The notes beneath the pieces were generated by a model, which did no database searches, was not told the origin of the DNA, and saw nothing but the letters and a program-made list of their open reading frames with translations. From the NCBI GenBank assembly GCA_026400795.1, contig JAPLOJ010000222.1, forward strand, positions 1 to 54,249: a stretch of DNA of 54,249 nt, in the 5' to 3' direction. Both the position numbers and the translations under genes were made by a program. Numbering within the stretch: the stretch's first letter is position 1; each line of letters begins with the position of its first letter. Shown piece after piece: positions 18,976 to 31,119 of the stretch. The stretch is from Alphaproteobacteria bacterium. GTDB lineage: Bacteria > Pseudomonadota > Alphaproteobacteria > Acetobacterales > Acetobacteraceae.

Positions 18976-20652
18976 ATGCTCGCCTCTCTGGCCATTCGCG
19001 ATGTGGTGTTGATTGAAAAGCTCGACCTGAGTTTTGACGCTGGGCTTGCGGTGCTGACAGGCGAAACCGGCGCCGGCAAATCCATTTTGCTGGATAGTCT
19101 TGGCTTGGCGCTTGGTCAGCGCGCCGAAGCCGGGCTGGTGCGCGCTGGGCAAGCGCAAGCCAGTGTTGCCGCGGCCTTCCTGCCCAGCGCTGATCACCCC
19201 TGCTTCGATATTCTGCGCGACCAAGGCATCAGCGCCGAGGATGAATTGGTGCTGCGCCGCGTTCTGCAAGCCGATGGCAAATCCCGCGCCTTCATCAATG
19301 ACCAGCCGGTTAGCGTCGCACTGCTGAAGCGCCTGGGCGCCACACTGGTAGAAGTGCAAGGCCAGCATGAACAAGTGGGCCTTGCGGACCCCGCCACACA
19401 TGCCGGGCTGCTGGACGCTTTCGGCGCCTTGGATGGCGAACGCAGCGCCACCGCCAGCGCCTGGGCCGCCTGGCGCGACGCCACACGCCGCCTGGCGGCC
19501 GCGCGCGAAGCCATCGCCAGCGCGAAGCGCGAAGAAGAATGGCTGCGCCACGCCGTTGGCGAATTGGCCGACCTTGCCCCGGAAGAAGGCGAAGAAGATG
19601 CGCTGGCCGCCGAACGCCAAAAGCTGCAACAGGGCGAACGCCGGGCCGAGGCAATTGCCGCAGCCCTTGGGGAACTCACGCCACGCGACCGCCGCGCAGC
19701 CTCCCCAGCGCGCGCGCTCCGCGAAGCCGCGCGCGCCTTGGAACGCCTGCCGCCACCCAATGACGAAGCACAGCCCGCCATCCAGGCGCTCGCCGCCGCG
19801 CAGGATGCGCTGAGCGAGGCAGAGGGGCTGCTAACCCGGTTAATGAGCGAAACTGGCCCCGATCCGCGCCGGTTGGAACAGGTGGAAGAACGCCTTTTCG
19901 CGCTACGGGCAGCGGCGCGCAAACACAGCGTGCCGGTCACGGAATTGGCAAGCCTACTCAACAATCTGCGCGCCCGCCTGGAAGCGCTTGATGCCGGCGC
20001 GGGCGAAGTCGCAACACTGGAAGCCGCCGAGGCCAAGGCGCGGCAAGCCTATCTTGCCGCCGGCGCCAAGCTTTCGGCGGTACGGCGCAAATCAGCCTCG
20101 GCGCTTGAAAAAGCACTGGCCGAGGAATTGCCGCCGCTAAAGCTGGATCGCGCGCGGCTGGTGATAGACATCACGGCGCGCGAAGAAGCCGCCTGGGGCG
20201 CGGATGGGCAGGATCGCGTGGCCTTCCTGGTCGCGACCAACCCAGGACAAACGCCAGGCGCGCTCGCGAAAATCGCCTCGGGCGGCGAATTGTCGCGACT
20301 AATGCTGGCGCTGAAAGTCGTGCTGGCGCGCGGATCGCCTGTGCCGACACTGATCTTTGACGAAGTGGATAGCGGCATTGGTGGTGCGACCGCCGCGGCC
20401 GTGGGTGAGCGCCTGGCGCGTGTTGCGGACCGCGTGCAAGTGCTGGTCGTGACGCACAGCCCGCAAGTCGCGGCACGCGGCGCACGACATTTCCGCGTGG
20501 CAAAACAAGTAAAAGGGCAGCGCGCAGAAACGCGGGTAGAAATATTGGATCAGGCGGAAAGATACGAAGAACTGGCGCGCATGCTGGCGGGGGAGAAAGT
20601 GACTGAAGCGGCGCGGGCGGCGGCGCGGAGCCTTTTGGAGGGTAAAGAGTGA
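18976..20652 (+). CDS. recN: DNA repair protein RecN
   Basis: TGETGAGKS, IASGGELSRLMLAL, FDEVDSGIGG and VTHSPQVAA. Confidence 0.97.
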   Translation: MLASLAIRDVVLIEKLDLSFDAGLAVLTGETGAGKSILLDSLGLALGQRAEAGLVRAGQAQASVAAAFLPSADHPCFDILRDQGISAEDELVLRRVLQADGKSRAFINDQPVSVALLKRLGATLVEVQGQHEQVGLADPATHAGLLDAFGALDGERSATASAWAAWRDATRRLAAAREAIASAKREEEWLRHAVGELADLAPEEGEEDALAAERQKLQQGERRAEAIAAALGELTPRDRRAASPARALREAARALERLPPPNDEAQPAIQALAAAQDALSEAEGLLTRLMSETGPDPRRLEQVEERLFALRAAARKHSVPVTELASLLNNLRARLEALDAGAGEVATLEAAEAKARQAYLAAGAKLSAVRRKSASALEKALAEELPPLKLDRARLVIDITAREEAAWGADGQDRVAFLVATNPGQTPGALAKIASGGELSRLMLALKVVLARGSPVPTLIFDEVDSGIGGATAAAVGERLARVADRVQVLVVTHSPQVAARGARHFRVAKQVKGQRAETRVEILDQAERYEELARMLAGEKVTEAARAAARSLLEGKE

Positions 20653-20666
20653 GAATTGAAGAAAGG

Positions 20667-20704
20667 GCGGGGGAGAGAACTCCCCCGCGCCCCCTCCTTT
20701 TTTT
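20667..20704 (+). terminator. Hairpin plus T-tract after recN
   Basis: GCGGGGGAG-AGAA-CTCCCCCGC followed by GCCCCCTCC and T7. Confidence 0.5.
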
Positions 20705-20725
20705 GATATTCCGCCCTCGCAATAG

Positions 20726-22760
<2,035 letters not shown>

Positions 22761-22764
<4 letters not shown>

Positions 22765-24527
22765 ATCGGCGCGCAGGCCGCGCGCAGCCAGGCAGCGGTT
22801 TCCGTATCCAATAACGGCGCCACCTCAGCCGCCACACGCGCGTGATAGGCATTCAGCCAATCACGTTCCGCCACCGTCAGCAGCGCGGGTTCGATCAAGG
22901 CACGATCAAAGGGCGCCAAAGTCAGGGTTTCGAATTCCAGAAACGGCTTTGCGGCGGCGGCGATCTCAGCCTTCTGCACCAGCAACAGATTTTCCAGCCG
23001 AATGCCGAATTCGCCGGTGGCGTAATAGCCAGGTTCATTCGATAGAATCATACCTTCAGCCAAAGCCACCACACGCGCCGCGCGGCTGAAAGCCGCCGGG
23101 CCTTCATGCACGGAAAGATAGGACCCGACGCCATGCCCCGTGCCGTGATCATAATCCAGCCCGGCATCCCATAGCGGGCGCCGCGCCAGCGCATCCAAAT
23201 GCGGCCCGGCGACACCGGCGGGGAAGCGTAGCGTGGCAAGCGCAATATGCCCCTTCAGCACGCGGGTCACACATTCACGCAAGCGTTGCGGTGCCGCACC
23301 CTGCCCGGTCCAAAGCGTGCGCGTGATATCCGTGGTGCCATCAAGATATTGCCCACCCGAATCGATCAAATAGCATTCATTAGGATGGATGGCACGATGG
23401 CTCGCCTCCGTCGCGCGGTAATGCACAATCGCGCCGTTTTCGCCCGCGCCGCTGATGGCGGGGAAGCTTTCTGCCTGAAACAGCGGCACGTCGCGCCGAA
23501 AGGCCAGCAAGCGCGCGGCGGCGGAGATTTCATTTAAGCCCCCCTTTGGCGCTTCTTCGGCAAACCAACTCAGGAAGCGCGCCATCGCCACCGCATCGCG
23601 CTGATGCGCCGCGCGCGCGCCTTCTTGTTCCACCGCGTTCTTGCAGGCACGCGGCATGCGGCAAGGGTCTTCTCCCGCGCGGATTTCAGCACCCGCTTCG
23701 CGCAGCCAAGCCGTGAACCAGGAAGGTGTTGCCTCGGGGTCAATCCGTATGCGCTTGCCTTTCAAGGCGCGCAGCGCCGCCGGCATTGCATCACGCGGCG
23801 CAATCGCCACCGCATTGCCCAGCGCCGTGCGGGTTTCGTGATCCAGCTTCGCCGGTTCCATGAATAATGAGACCGCGCCATCCGCGAACAAAAGCGCAAA
23901 GCCAAGCGCCAATGGCGTGTGGTCCAAATCACCACCGCGAATATTCAGCAGCCACGCGATGGAATGCGCATCGGCCAGCACCACTGCATCAACGCCCGCC
24001 GCGCGCAATTCGGCGGCCGCGTCAGCGCGTTTTTCGGGCGATGGCTTGCCGGCATAGGAAAGCGGATGCGCCCGCGCCGGCGCTTCCGGTGCGCGTGGCC
24101 GATCCGCCCAAATGGCGTCAATCGGGTTGGCTTGCAGCGCGCGGAAAGTGACACCCGGACGCTTCAGGCGTTCCAGCGCCGGTTCGCTATGCAGCCAGGG
24201 GTCATAGCCAATCACCAGGCCATCCGCATGGGCGGCCAGCCATTCGGCCGGCGGTTCTTCCGTGATGTGGCGCGGTTCCCAATATGCGACATCAATCTGG
24301 TTGCGAATTTGCAGCGTATAGCGACCATCGGAAAACACCGCCGCCTGCCTTGGCAGCACAATCGCCAACCCCGCACTGCCGGTGAAGCCCGTCAGCCAGG
24401 CCAGCCTTTCGGCGGAACGCGGCACATATTCGCCCAAATGCTCATCCGCGCGGGGGATCAGGAAGCCCTGCACCCCCATCCGCGCGAGTTCAGCGCGCAA
24501 GGCGCCCAAGCGTTCAGCCCGATTCAT
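22761..24527 (-). CDS. Aminopeptidase P (M24) family protein
   Basis: [34 protein letters not shown] and SNEPGYY; AGGAG RBS before ATG 24527. Confidence 0.94.
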
Positions 24528-24707
24528 GAGCAACTCCTGACCAAACATTTCACAAATGTTGCATGGCTTCCTGTGGACGCATGCGCAGGACGCATATCTC
24601 TGCTGTGGTCTTCGCGCATCACCTGTGCCCCAGAAGCCTCTATATCATCGCCCATCGGACAGCGACCCTGCCCTATCGGGCGGCGCCTCCGCAAAGGAAA
24701 GCTAAAC

Positions 24708-25043
24708 ATGAACCCGCATTTCGCCAATCTCGAAACCAGCCTCTCGGCCCGCGCCGCGACGATTGAGGCTATTCACCAGGAAGCCGCCGCCGCCCGCGCC
24801 GCCGCGCGCAGCCGCGTCTTTGGCCATGCCTTCAAAGCGTTCGGGGCCGGTGTCGGCGCCGTGCTGACCGCCATCGCCACCTGGCCGACCAAGCGCGACA
24901 CCTATAAGGCGCTGGATCAGCTTTCGGACACGCAGCTTGCCGATATCGGCTTGGCGCGCGGTGAAATCAGCCGCGTTTTTGAACCGGGCTTTGCCCTGCA
25001 AGCCGCCAATGATGGCGTGCTGCCCACGGGCCGCGCCGCCTAA
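24708..25043 (+). CDS. DUF1127 domain small protein
   Basis: RDTYKALDQLSDTQLADIGLARGEI motif; AAAGGA RBS before ATG 24708. Confidence 0.88.
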   Translation: MNPHFANLETSLSARAATIEAIHQEAAAARAAARSRVFGHAFKAFGAGVGAVLTAIATWPTKRDTYKALDQLSDTQLADIGLARGEISRVFEPGFALQAANDGVLPTGRAA

Positions 25044-25780
25044 CCCCGAAATATCCTGCGGAGCCAGGATTTCAGGCCGCCCCCCTCGGGCGGCCTTTTT
25101 TTTGGTTGATGCGTCACATGCGGCCGCCGCGCTGGGGGGGCGAGGGCTGAGGCCATGCTATGCCGCCCCATATCCTCGGCCGCGATCAGCCTTGCTTCCA
25201 AAGCTGTTACTTGCGCCACGGCTTCGGGCGGATTGAGCGCATCAAGCGCCTCCGCCGCCGCTGCCGCCTCAGCAAAATCCCCCGCGCGGCGCAGCGCATC
25301 AATCACGCGAACGGATTGTTCAGCATCAAGCGCCGGGCCGCTCCGCCACAGCGCTACTGCTTCGCGCCGCCATTGCCGCGCCAGATCATCGCGGTTCAGA
25401 TCATCCGCCACCCAAGCGGCATGAAGCGTTGCTTCCGCTGCCGCGTGCAAGGCGCCGGTTTCTTCCAGCACATGCGCCCAGGCCAGAAAGCGCCGCGCCA
25501 AAACCGGATGCGCCGTATCCGCAATCAAAGCCCGGTAAGGCGCGGCCGCAACGGCCTGCGCACCGGCGGGATGCGCTTCGCTGATATCGGGCGCGGCATA
25601 GCCACAATGCGGGCAGGCTTCCAACCACCGTACCATGGTGGACCGCACGGGCTCACCAGGCCTTAAATCAAGGTCGGGCGCCTGTTCCGGCACTGGCGGG
25701 CGAAAGCCTGGTTGCTGGCTTTCATGGCCGCATACCCCGCAGCGCTTTTCCCGCCCTGCGGATTTTGGCGCCGCTGCCAT
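25040..25780 (-). CDS. Zinc-ribbon/TPR-like protein (DUF2225-like)
   Basis: CGVCG...PDLDLRP...ACPHCGYAA followed by helical repeats; TAATG overlap with ppdK. Confidence 0.65.
   Translation of the reverse strand: MAAAPKSAGREKRCGVCGHESQQPGFRPPVPEQAPDLDLRPGEPVRSTMVRWLEACPHCGYAAPDISEAHPAGAQAVAAAPYRALIADTAHPVLARRFLAWAHVLEETGALHAAAEATLHAAWVADDLNRDDLARQWRREAVALWRSGPALDAEQSVRVIDALRRAGDFAEAAAAAEALDALNPPEAVAQVTALEARLIAAEDMGRHSMASALAPPARRPHVTHQPKKRPPEGGGLKSWLRRIFRG
25074..25103 (+). terminator. Intrinsic terminator of the DUF1127 gene
   Basis: AGGCCGCCC-CCCTC-GGGCGGCCT followed by T7; lies inside the convergent gene. Confidence 0.8.
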
Positions 25781-28452
25781 TACGCGGTGCGATCAGCCCC
25801 GCCCGATTGCAGCGCCGCCTGCGCCGCCGCCAGGCGCGCCACCGGCACGCGATAGGGCGAACAGGAAACGTAATCCAAGCCGACACTTTCGCAGAAATGG
25901 ATGGAAGACGGATCGCCCCCATGCTCACCACAAATGCCAAGCTTGATATCGGCTTTCACGCTGCGGCCTTTTTCGGCGGCAATGCGCACCAAAGCGCCCA
26001 CGCCATCCGGATCAATGGAGACAAACGGGTCCTTCGGAAAAATGCCCTTTTCGATGTAAAGCGGCAGGAACTTACCGGCATCATCACGCGAAAGGCCGAA
26101 GGTGGTTTGCGTCAGGTCATTCGTGCCGAAGGAAAAGAAATCCGCCACAGTGGCAATGGCATCGGCAGTGAGGGCAGCGCGCGGCAGCTCAATCATGGTG
26201 CCGACGCTATAGACCACATGATAACCGCCTTCTGCGAAAACTTCCTGCGCGACGCGATCCACCATGGCGCGGGTGATTTCCAATTCGCGCTTGGTCGCAA
26301 CCAGCGGAATCATAATCTCCGGCACCGGGGCCTTATGCGTCTTGCGGCCAATTTCGGCGGCCGCTTCGAAAATTGCGCGCGCCTGCATTTCATAGATTTC
26401 CGGGTAGGAAATCCCCAAGCGGCAGCCGCGATGCCCGAGCATCGGGTTCGCTTCTGACAATTCCTGCATGCGCCGCTGCATCGCCTCAACCTCAGTGCCG
26501 AGGGATGCCGCCACTTCGGCGATTTCATAGTCGCTGTGGGGCAGGAATTCATGGAGCGGCGGATCGAGCAGGCGGATTGTCACTGGCAGGCCCGCCATGA
26601 TTTCAAACAGGTCCAGAAAATCCTTGCGCTGGAATGGCAACAAGCGCGCAAGTGCGGCGCGCCGGCCCTGTTCGGTTTCTGCCATGATCATCTGGCGCAC
26701 CGCGCCAATCCGCTCAGGGTCGAAGAACATATGTTCGGTGCGGCAGAGCCCAATGCCTTCGGCGCCAAAACGCCTGGCGGTTTCCGCATCCAAAGGCGTT
26801 TCCGCATTGGCGCGCACGCGCAAGCGGCGCACCTTATCGGCCCAACCCATGAGTGTCGCGAAATCGCCGGAAAGCTGCGGTTCCACCATGGCGACGGTGC
26901 CGATGAAAACCTCACCCGTCGCACCATCCAGCGTAATGATCTGGCCGGCTTCGATGCGCACGCCACCTGCGCTGAGATATTGGTTATTGTAATCCACCGT
27001 GACACCGCCACAGCCCGCCACGCAGGGCCGGCCCATGCCGCGCGCCACCACCGCCGCGTGGCTCGTCATGCCGCCGCGTGTGGTCAGCACGCCGCGCGCT
27101 GCATGCATGCCGTGAATATCTTCGGGTGAGGTTTCAATCCGCACCAGAATAACACTTTCACCTTTTTGCGCGCGCGCTTCAGCTTCATCTGCGCTGAAGA
27201 CAACAATGCCGCAGGCAGCACCGGGGGAAGCGGGCAAGCCCTTCGCCAACAGCTTACGCGGCGCCTTGGGGTCCAGCGTTGGGTGCAGCAATTGATCAAG
27301 TGCTGCGGGGTTCACGCGCCGCACGGCTTCCGTGTGATCAATCAAACCCTCACGCGCCATATCCACCGCGATTTTCAATGATGCGGCGGCCGTGCGCTTG
27401 CCATTGCGCGTTTGCAACATATAAAGCTTGTTGCTCTGCACCGTGAATTCAATGTCCTGCATGTCACGGTAATGGCGTTCCAGCGTCGCGCGCACTTGCA
27501 CCAATTCAGCATAGGCCGCCGGCATGGCATCTTCCATGCTGCGCTCAGTCGGCTTTGAGCGTTCCTTCGCCATAGGCTGCGGCGTGCGGATACCCGCGAC
27601 CACATCTTCACCCTGCGCATTGATCAGGTATTCGCCGTAGAAGACGTTCTCGCCGGTGGAAGGGTCGCGCGTGAAGCACACGCCGGTTGCGCAATCCTCG
27701 CCCATATTGCCGAAGACCATGGCTTGCACATTAACCGCTGTGCCCCATTCGGCCGGGATGTCATGCAGGCGCCGATACGTCACCGCACGCTGGTTCATCC
27801 AGCTACCAAACACCGCACCAATCGCGCCCCAAAGCTGCGTTTCAGGATCCTGCGGGAAGGGCCTGCCGGTGACTTCCGCGACCATTTCCTTGTAGCCATC
27901 CACCACGCGATGCCATTCGGACGCGGTGAGTTCCGTATCTTCATTCTTCCCGGTGTCGAGCTTCACATGCTCGATAATTTCCTCGAAGCGATGATGATCA
28001 ACGTCGAGCACGACGGACCCATACATCTGGATGAAGCGGCGGTAGGAATCCCAGGCAAAGCGCGCATCACCCGAAGCCGCCACAAGGCCTTCGACGGTTT
28101 GGTCATTCAGGCCAAGGTTCAGCACGGTATCCATCATGCCCGGCATGGAAACCCGCGCGCCGGAGCGCACAGATACCAGCAAGGGCCGGTGATGATCACC
28201 GAAGCGGTTACCCACCGCTTCCTCAATAAGCGCCAACGCGGCGCGGACCTGCTGCGCCAGATCATCGGGGTATTTCTGCCCATTATCGTAATAGGCGGTG
28301 CAAACTTCGGTGGTGATGGTGAAGCCAGGTGGCACGGGCAGGCCGATCGAGGCCATTTCGGCCAGGTTGGCGCCCTTGCCACCCAGAAGATTCCGCATAT
28401 CGGCTCGGCCCTCATTGTGGCCGGCGCCGAAGCTATAGACCCATTGTGTCAT
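25780..28452 (-). CDS. ppdK: Pyruvate, phosphate dikinase
   Basis: LLGGKGANLAEM, SMPGMMDTVLNLG, GGMTSHAAVVARG and GICGEHGGDP. Confidence 0.98.
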   Translation of the reverse strand: MTQWVYSFGAGHNEGRADMRNLLGGKGANLAEMASIGLPVPPGFTITTEVCTAYYDNGQKYPDDLAQQVRAALALIEEAVGNRFGDHHRPLLVSVRSGARVSMPGMMDTVLNLGLNDQTVEGLVAASGDARFAWDSYRRFIQMYGSVVLDVDHHRFEEIIEHVKLDTGKNEDTELTASEWHRVVDGYKEMVAEVTGRPFPQDPETQLWGAIGAVFGSWMNQRAVTYRRLHDIPAEWGTAVNVQAMVFGNMGEDCATGVCFTRDPSTGENVFYGEYLINAQGEDVVAGIRTPQPMAKERSKPTERSMEDAMPAAYAELVQVRATLERHYRDMQDIEFTVQSNKLYMLQTRNGKRTAAASLKIAVDMAREGLIDHTEAVRRVNPAALDQLLHPTLDPKAPRKLLAKGLPASPGAACGIVVFSADEAEARAQKGESVILVRIETSPEDIHGMHAARGVLTTRGGMTSHAAVVARGMGRPCVAGCGGVTVDYNNQYLSAGGVRIEAGQIITLDGATGEVFIGTVAMVEPQLSGDFATLMGWADKVRRLRVRANAETPLDAETARRFGAEGIGLCRTEHMFFDPERIGAVRQMIMAETEQGRRAALARLLPFQRKDFLDLFEIMAGLPVTIRLLDPPLHEFLPHSDYEIAEVAASLGTEVEAMQRRMQELSEANPMLGHRGCRLGISYPEIYEMQARAIFEAAAEIGRKTHKAPVPEIMIPLVATKRELEITRAMVDRVAQEVFAEGGYHVVYSVGTMIELPRAALTADAIATVADFFSFGTNDLTQTTFGLSRDDAGKFLPLYIEKGIFPKDPFVSIDPDGVGALVRIAAEKGRSVKADIKLGICGEHGGDPSSIHFCESVGLDYVSCSPYRVPVARLAAAQAALQSGGADRTA

Positions 28453-28463
28453 GGGGGGGTTCC

Positions 28464-30728
28464 TCAGGCTTCAATCTTGGAGAAATCCGCCACGGCATCC
28501 ATGGCGGCACGCAGACGGGCGAGCAGTCGCAGACGATTGCGGCGAAGTTCCGGCGCCGGGTCGTTCACGATCACTTTTTCGAAAAAGGCATCCACCGGGG
28601 CGCGGAGCCCAGCCATGGCATCCATGGCGCGTTCAAAATCCTCGGCTTCGATATCCAGGCGAATGCGGGTGCCGGCTTCTTGCAAAGCGGCAGCCAGGGC
28701 GGCTTCTTCCGGCAATTTCAGCAAATGCGCTTCATAGCCGGTGTCAAAGGCGTGGCCGTCGCGCTTTTCTTCGATGCGCAGGATATTCACCGCGCGGCGA
28801 TGGGCGGCCAGCAGATTGGCACCGGCCTCGCTTTCCACAAAGCCGCGCACGGCTTCGGCGCGGGAGAGGAGGCGGTTCAAATCATCATCTGGTGTGGCGC
28901 CAAAGACCGCCGCCACCACATCATGCCGCGCACCCTCACCACGCAATTGCACGCGCAGGCGTTCGGCGAGGAAATCGAGCAAGCCAGCGGCAAAGGCTGC
29001 TACCATCGGGGGATGCGCGGCACCACTTGGTGCCTGCCAGCCGCTAGCGCGCTTCGCTTCCGCGATGTCCATGCCGAAGCTGGGCTGCGCGGTGCTGCCG
29101 GTTGCTTGCGGGAAGCCGAAAAAGGCTTCGCCGATAATATCCCCGAGCGCCAGCCGCAGCCCATTTTCCCGAATGATGCGAATGACGCCGAGCGCCGCGC
29201 GGCGGAGCGCGAAAGGATCACCACTACCAGTTGGCTTTTCGCCCACGGCGAAGAAGCCAACCAATTGGTCAATCTTATCCGCCAGCGCCAACGCAATGGC
29301 CACCGGCTCCGTCGGCACAGCATCGCCCGCGCCCACCGGGCGATAATGCGCGGCAATGGCTTCCGCCACGCGCGCATCCTCACCCTGACCCAGCGCGTAA
29401 TACCGCCCCATCACGCCCTGCAATTCGGGGAATTCCCCCACCATGCCGGAGGCAAGATCAGCCTTCGCCAACCGCGCTGCGCGCCGCGCCAGCGCCGCAT
29501 CGGCGCCCAATTTTTCCGCGATCAGCCCAGCAAGGTTTTCAAGCCGCGCCACACGCTGGCCTTGCGTGCCGAGCTTCGCGTGGAACACCACGCTATCCAG
29601 CTTGGGCAGGAAGCTTTCCAGCTTTTGCTTTCGGTCCAAATCCCAGAAAAAGCGCGCATCTGCCAAACGCGCGCGCAGCACGCGGTCATTGCCAGCGATA
29701 ATCGCGGCACCACCATCAGGCGCTGCGATATTCGAAACCAACGCAAAGCGCGGCGCCGCCGTGCCATCAGGCTTGCGCAGCGCGAAGTAACGCTGATTGA
29801 CGCGCATGGTGGCGCGCATGACTTCGGGCGGTAGATCCATGAAGGCGTCATCAATGCGCCCGAGCAAAGGCACTGGCCATTCGACAAGGCCAGCGACTTC
29901 AGTGATCAGCGCCTCATCCGGCACCACTTCCAAACCTTCGGCACCCGCGAGTGCCGCGATTCCATCGCGGATCATGCGCGCGCGGTCTTCCGCTTGCAGC
30001 ACAACCTGGCGCTCGGTAAGTTCGGCCTTATACTTAGCAAAGTCCCGCACGCTGAAGGCGCCGGGGGACATGATCCGATGGCCTTCGGTCAAATCGCCAC
30101 TCGCCAAGCCATGGCCATCATCCCCGCCTTGCGCCAGGGTGAAGGGCACCACGGCGCCATCCAGCACGCACAGGATGCGCTTCAAGGGCCGCACCCAAAC
30201 CATGGAAGATGTGCCGCCCCAGCGCATGGATCTCGGCCAGGGGAAAGTGCGGATCAGCGCGGGCAATTCGCGCGCCAAGACGGATGCAGGTGCTTCGCCA
30301 GTCAGGGTTCGCCGCATGAAGACATGCGTCGCTTTCCCTGCCTGGGTAGCCTCGAAGCGCAGTTGCGAAGGTCCACCTACATCGAAGACCCCTCCGCTTC
30401 TTAGCGTTGCCAAGCCCTCTTTCGCCCAAGCCATCGGGTCCTCGCCGCGCGGCAACTGGCTCGTGAGGAAGGCCAACAACGGCTCATCGGGAGCATCCAG
30501 ACGCGGGCCTCGCTTTTCGTCTTCCCGTGAGGGGATCGCAGTGCGGATTTCTGCGCGATAGGTGATCCGCCGAGGCGCGAATGCGCGATACTCGTGTCGG
30601 GGGGGGGATATGCTTTTTCCCAAGAAGTTACGCATTGAATCGCAGAAGCGGTCAGCCGCCGCTTCCTGCATACGTGCCGGTATTTCTTCGGAAAATAGTT
30701 CAATCAGCAGTTCAGCAAATTCAGCCAT
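28464..30728 (-). CDS. glyS: Glycine--tRNA ligase beta subunit
   Basis: ELFSEEIPARMQ, PWPRSMRWG, VWVRPL, EFPELQGVMG, PTGSGDPFALRR and ADFSKIE. Confidence 0.96.
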   Translation of the reverse strand: MAEFAELLIELFSEEIPARMQEAAADRFCDSMRNFLGKSISPPRHEYRAFAPRRITYRAEIRTAIPSREDEKRGPRLDAPDEPLLAFLTSQLPRGEDPMAWAKEGLATLRSGGVFDVGGPSQLRFEATQAGKATHVFMRRTLTGEAPASVLARELPALIRTFPWPRSMRWGGTSSMVWVRPLKRILCVLDGAVVPFTLAQGGDDGHGLASGDLTEGHRIMSPGAFSVRDFAKYKAELTERQVVLQAEDRARMIRDGIAALAGAEGLEVVPDEALITEVAGLVEWPVPLLGRIDDAFMDLPPEVMRATMRVNQRYFALRKPDGTAAPRFALVSNIAAPDGGAAIIAGNDRVLRARLADARFFWDLDRKQKLESFLPKLDSVVFHAKLGTQGQRVARLENLAGLIAEKLGADAALARRAARLAKADLASGMVGEFPELQGVMGRYYALGQGEDARVAEAIAAHYRPVGAGDAVPTEPVAIALALADKIDQLVGFFAVGEKPTGSGDPFALRRAALGVIRIIRENGLRLALGDIIGEAFFGFPQATGSTAQPSFGMDIAEAKRASGWQAPSGAAHPPMVAAFAAGLLDFLAERLRVQLRGEGARHDVVAAVFGATPDDDLNRLLSRAEAVRGFVESEAGANLLAAHRRAVNILRIEEKRDGHAFDTGYEAHLLKLPEEAALAAALQEAGTRIRLDIEAEDFERAMDAMAGLRAPVDAFFEKVIVNDPAPELRRNRLRLLARLRAAMDAVADFSKIEA

Positions 30729-31119
30729 GAGTTTTGATCGCCGGCTCTATATCGGTTGCGGCGAAATCATCGCCCTTGAAAAGCAGTGTCTGGCCACGTT
30801 CTTTCGCCAGCGCATAAGCAAAACAATCGCCCAGATTGAGGCCCGCCTTGTGGCGGCCCTTGCCGTAGCGGCGATGCGCTTCCCGCGCGCGCATGGCTTG
30901 GTTGGCGGTGAAGGGCACGATTTCCAAATCAAGCCGCGCCATCAGCCCCGCGAATTCCGCCGCGGCAACAGGGCTGCGGTTATCGGCAACAATTGCTGCC
31001 TCCAGCCATGATGCCGCAGATATGGCGCGGTCGGTTGCTTCTTCAGCCGCCTCGGCAAAAGCCGCCGCTTCCGGTTCACCGAACAACATGGCCAGCACCG
31101 CAGAGGAATCGAGGATCAT
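30721..31119 (-). CDS. vapC: VapC (PIN domain) toxin
   Basis: MILDSSAVLAML..EPE, YGKGRHKAGLNLGDCFAYALA and LLFKGDDF. Confidence 0.94.
   Translation of the reverse strand: MILDSSAVLAMLFGEPEAAAFAEAAEEATDRAISAASWLEAAIVADNRSPVAAAEFAGLMARLDLEIVPFTANQAMRAREAHRRYGKGRHKAGLNLGDCFAYALAKERGQTLLFKGDDFAATDIEPAIKTHG

Noticed and set aside
23919-24707. Upstream extension making DUF1127 a 374-aa protein
   Set aside because: It is antisense to aminopeptidase P; a strong RBS precedes ATG 24708.
25044-25110. Cuckoo (CCUCCUCCC) sRNA after DUF1127
   Set aside because: Only one hairpin with a CCCUC loop and no repeated CCUCCUCCC motifs; a terminator explains it.
28329-29834. 501-aa plus-strand ORF and similar long antisense ORFs (16980-18062, 36350-37444, 51981-53096)
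   Set aside because: These are shadows of conserved genes, expected in GC-rich DNA, with no recognisable motifs.
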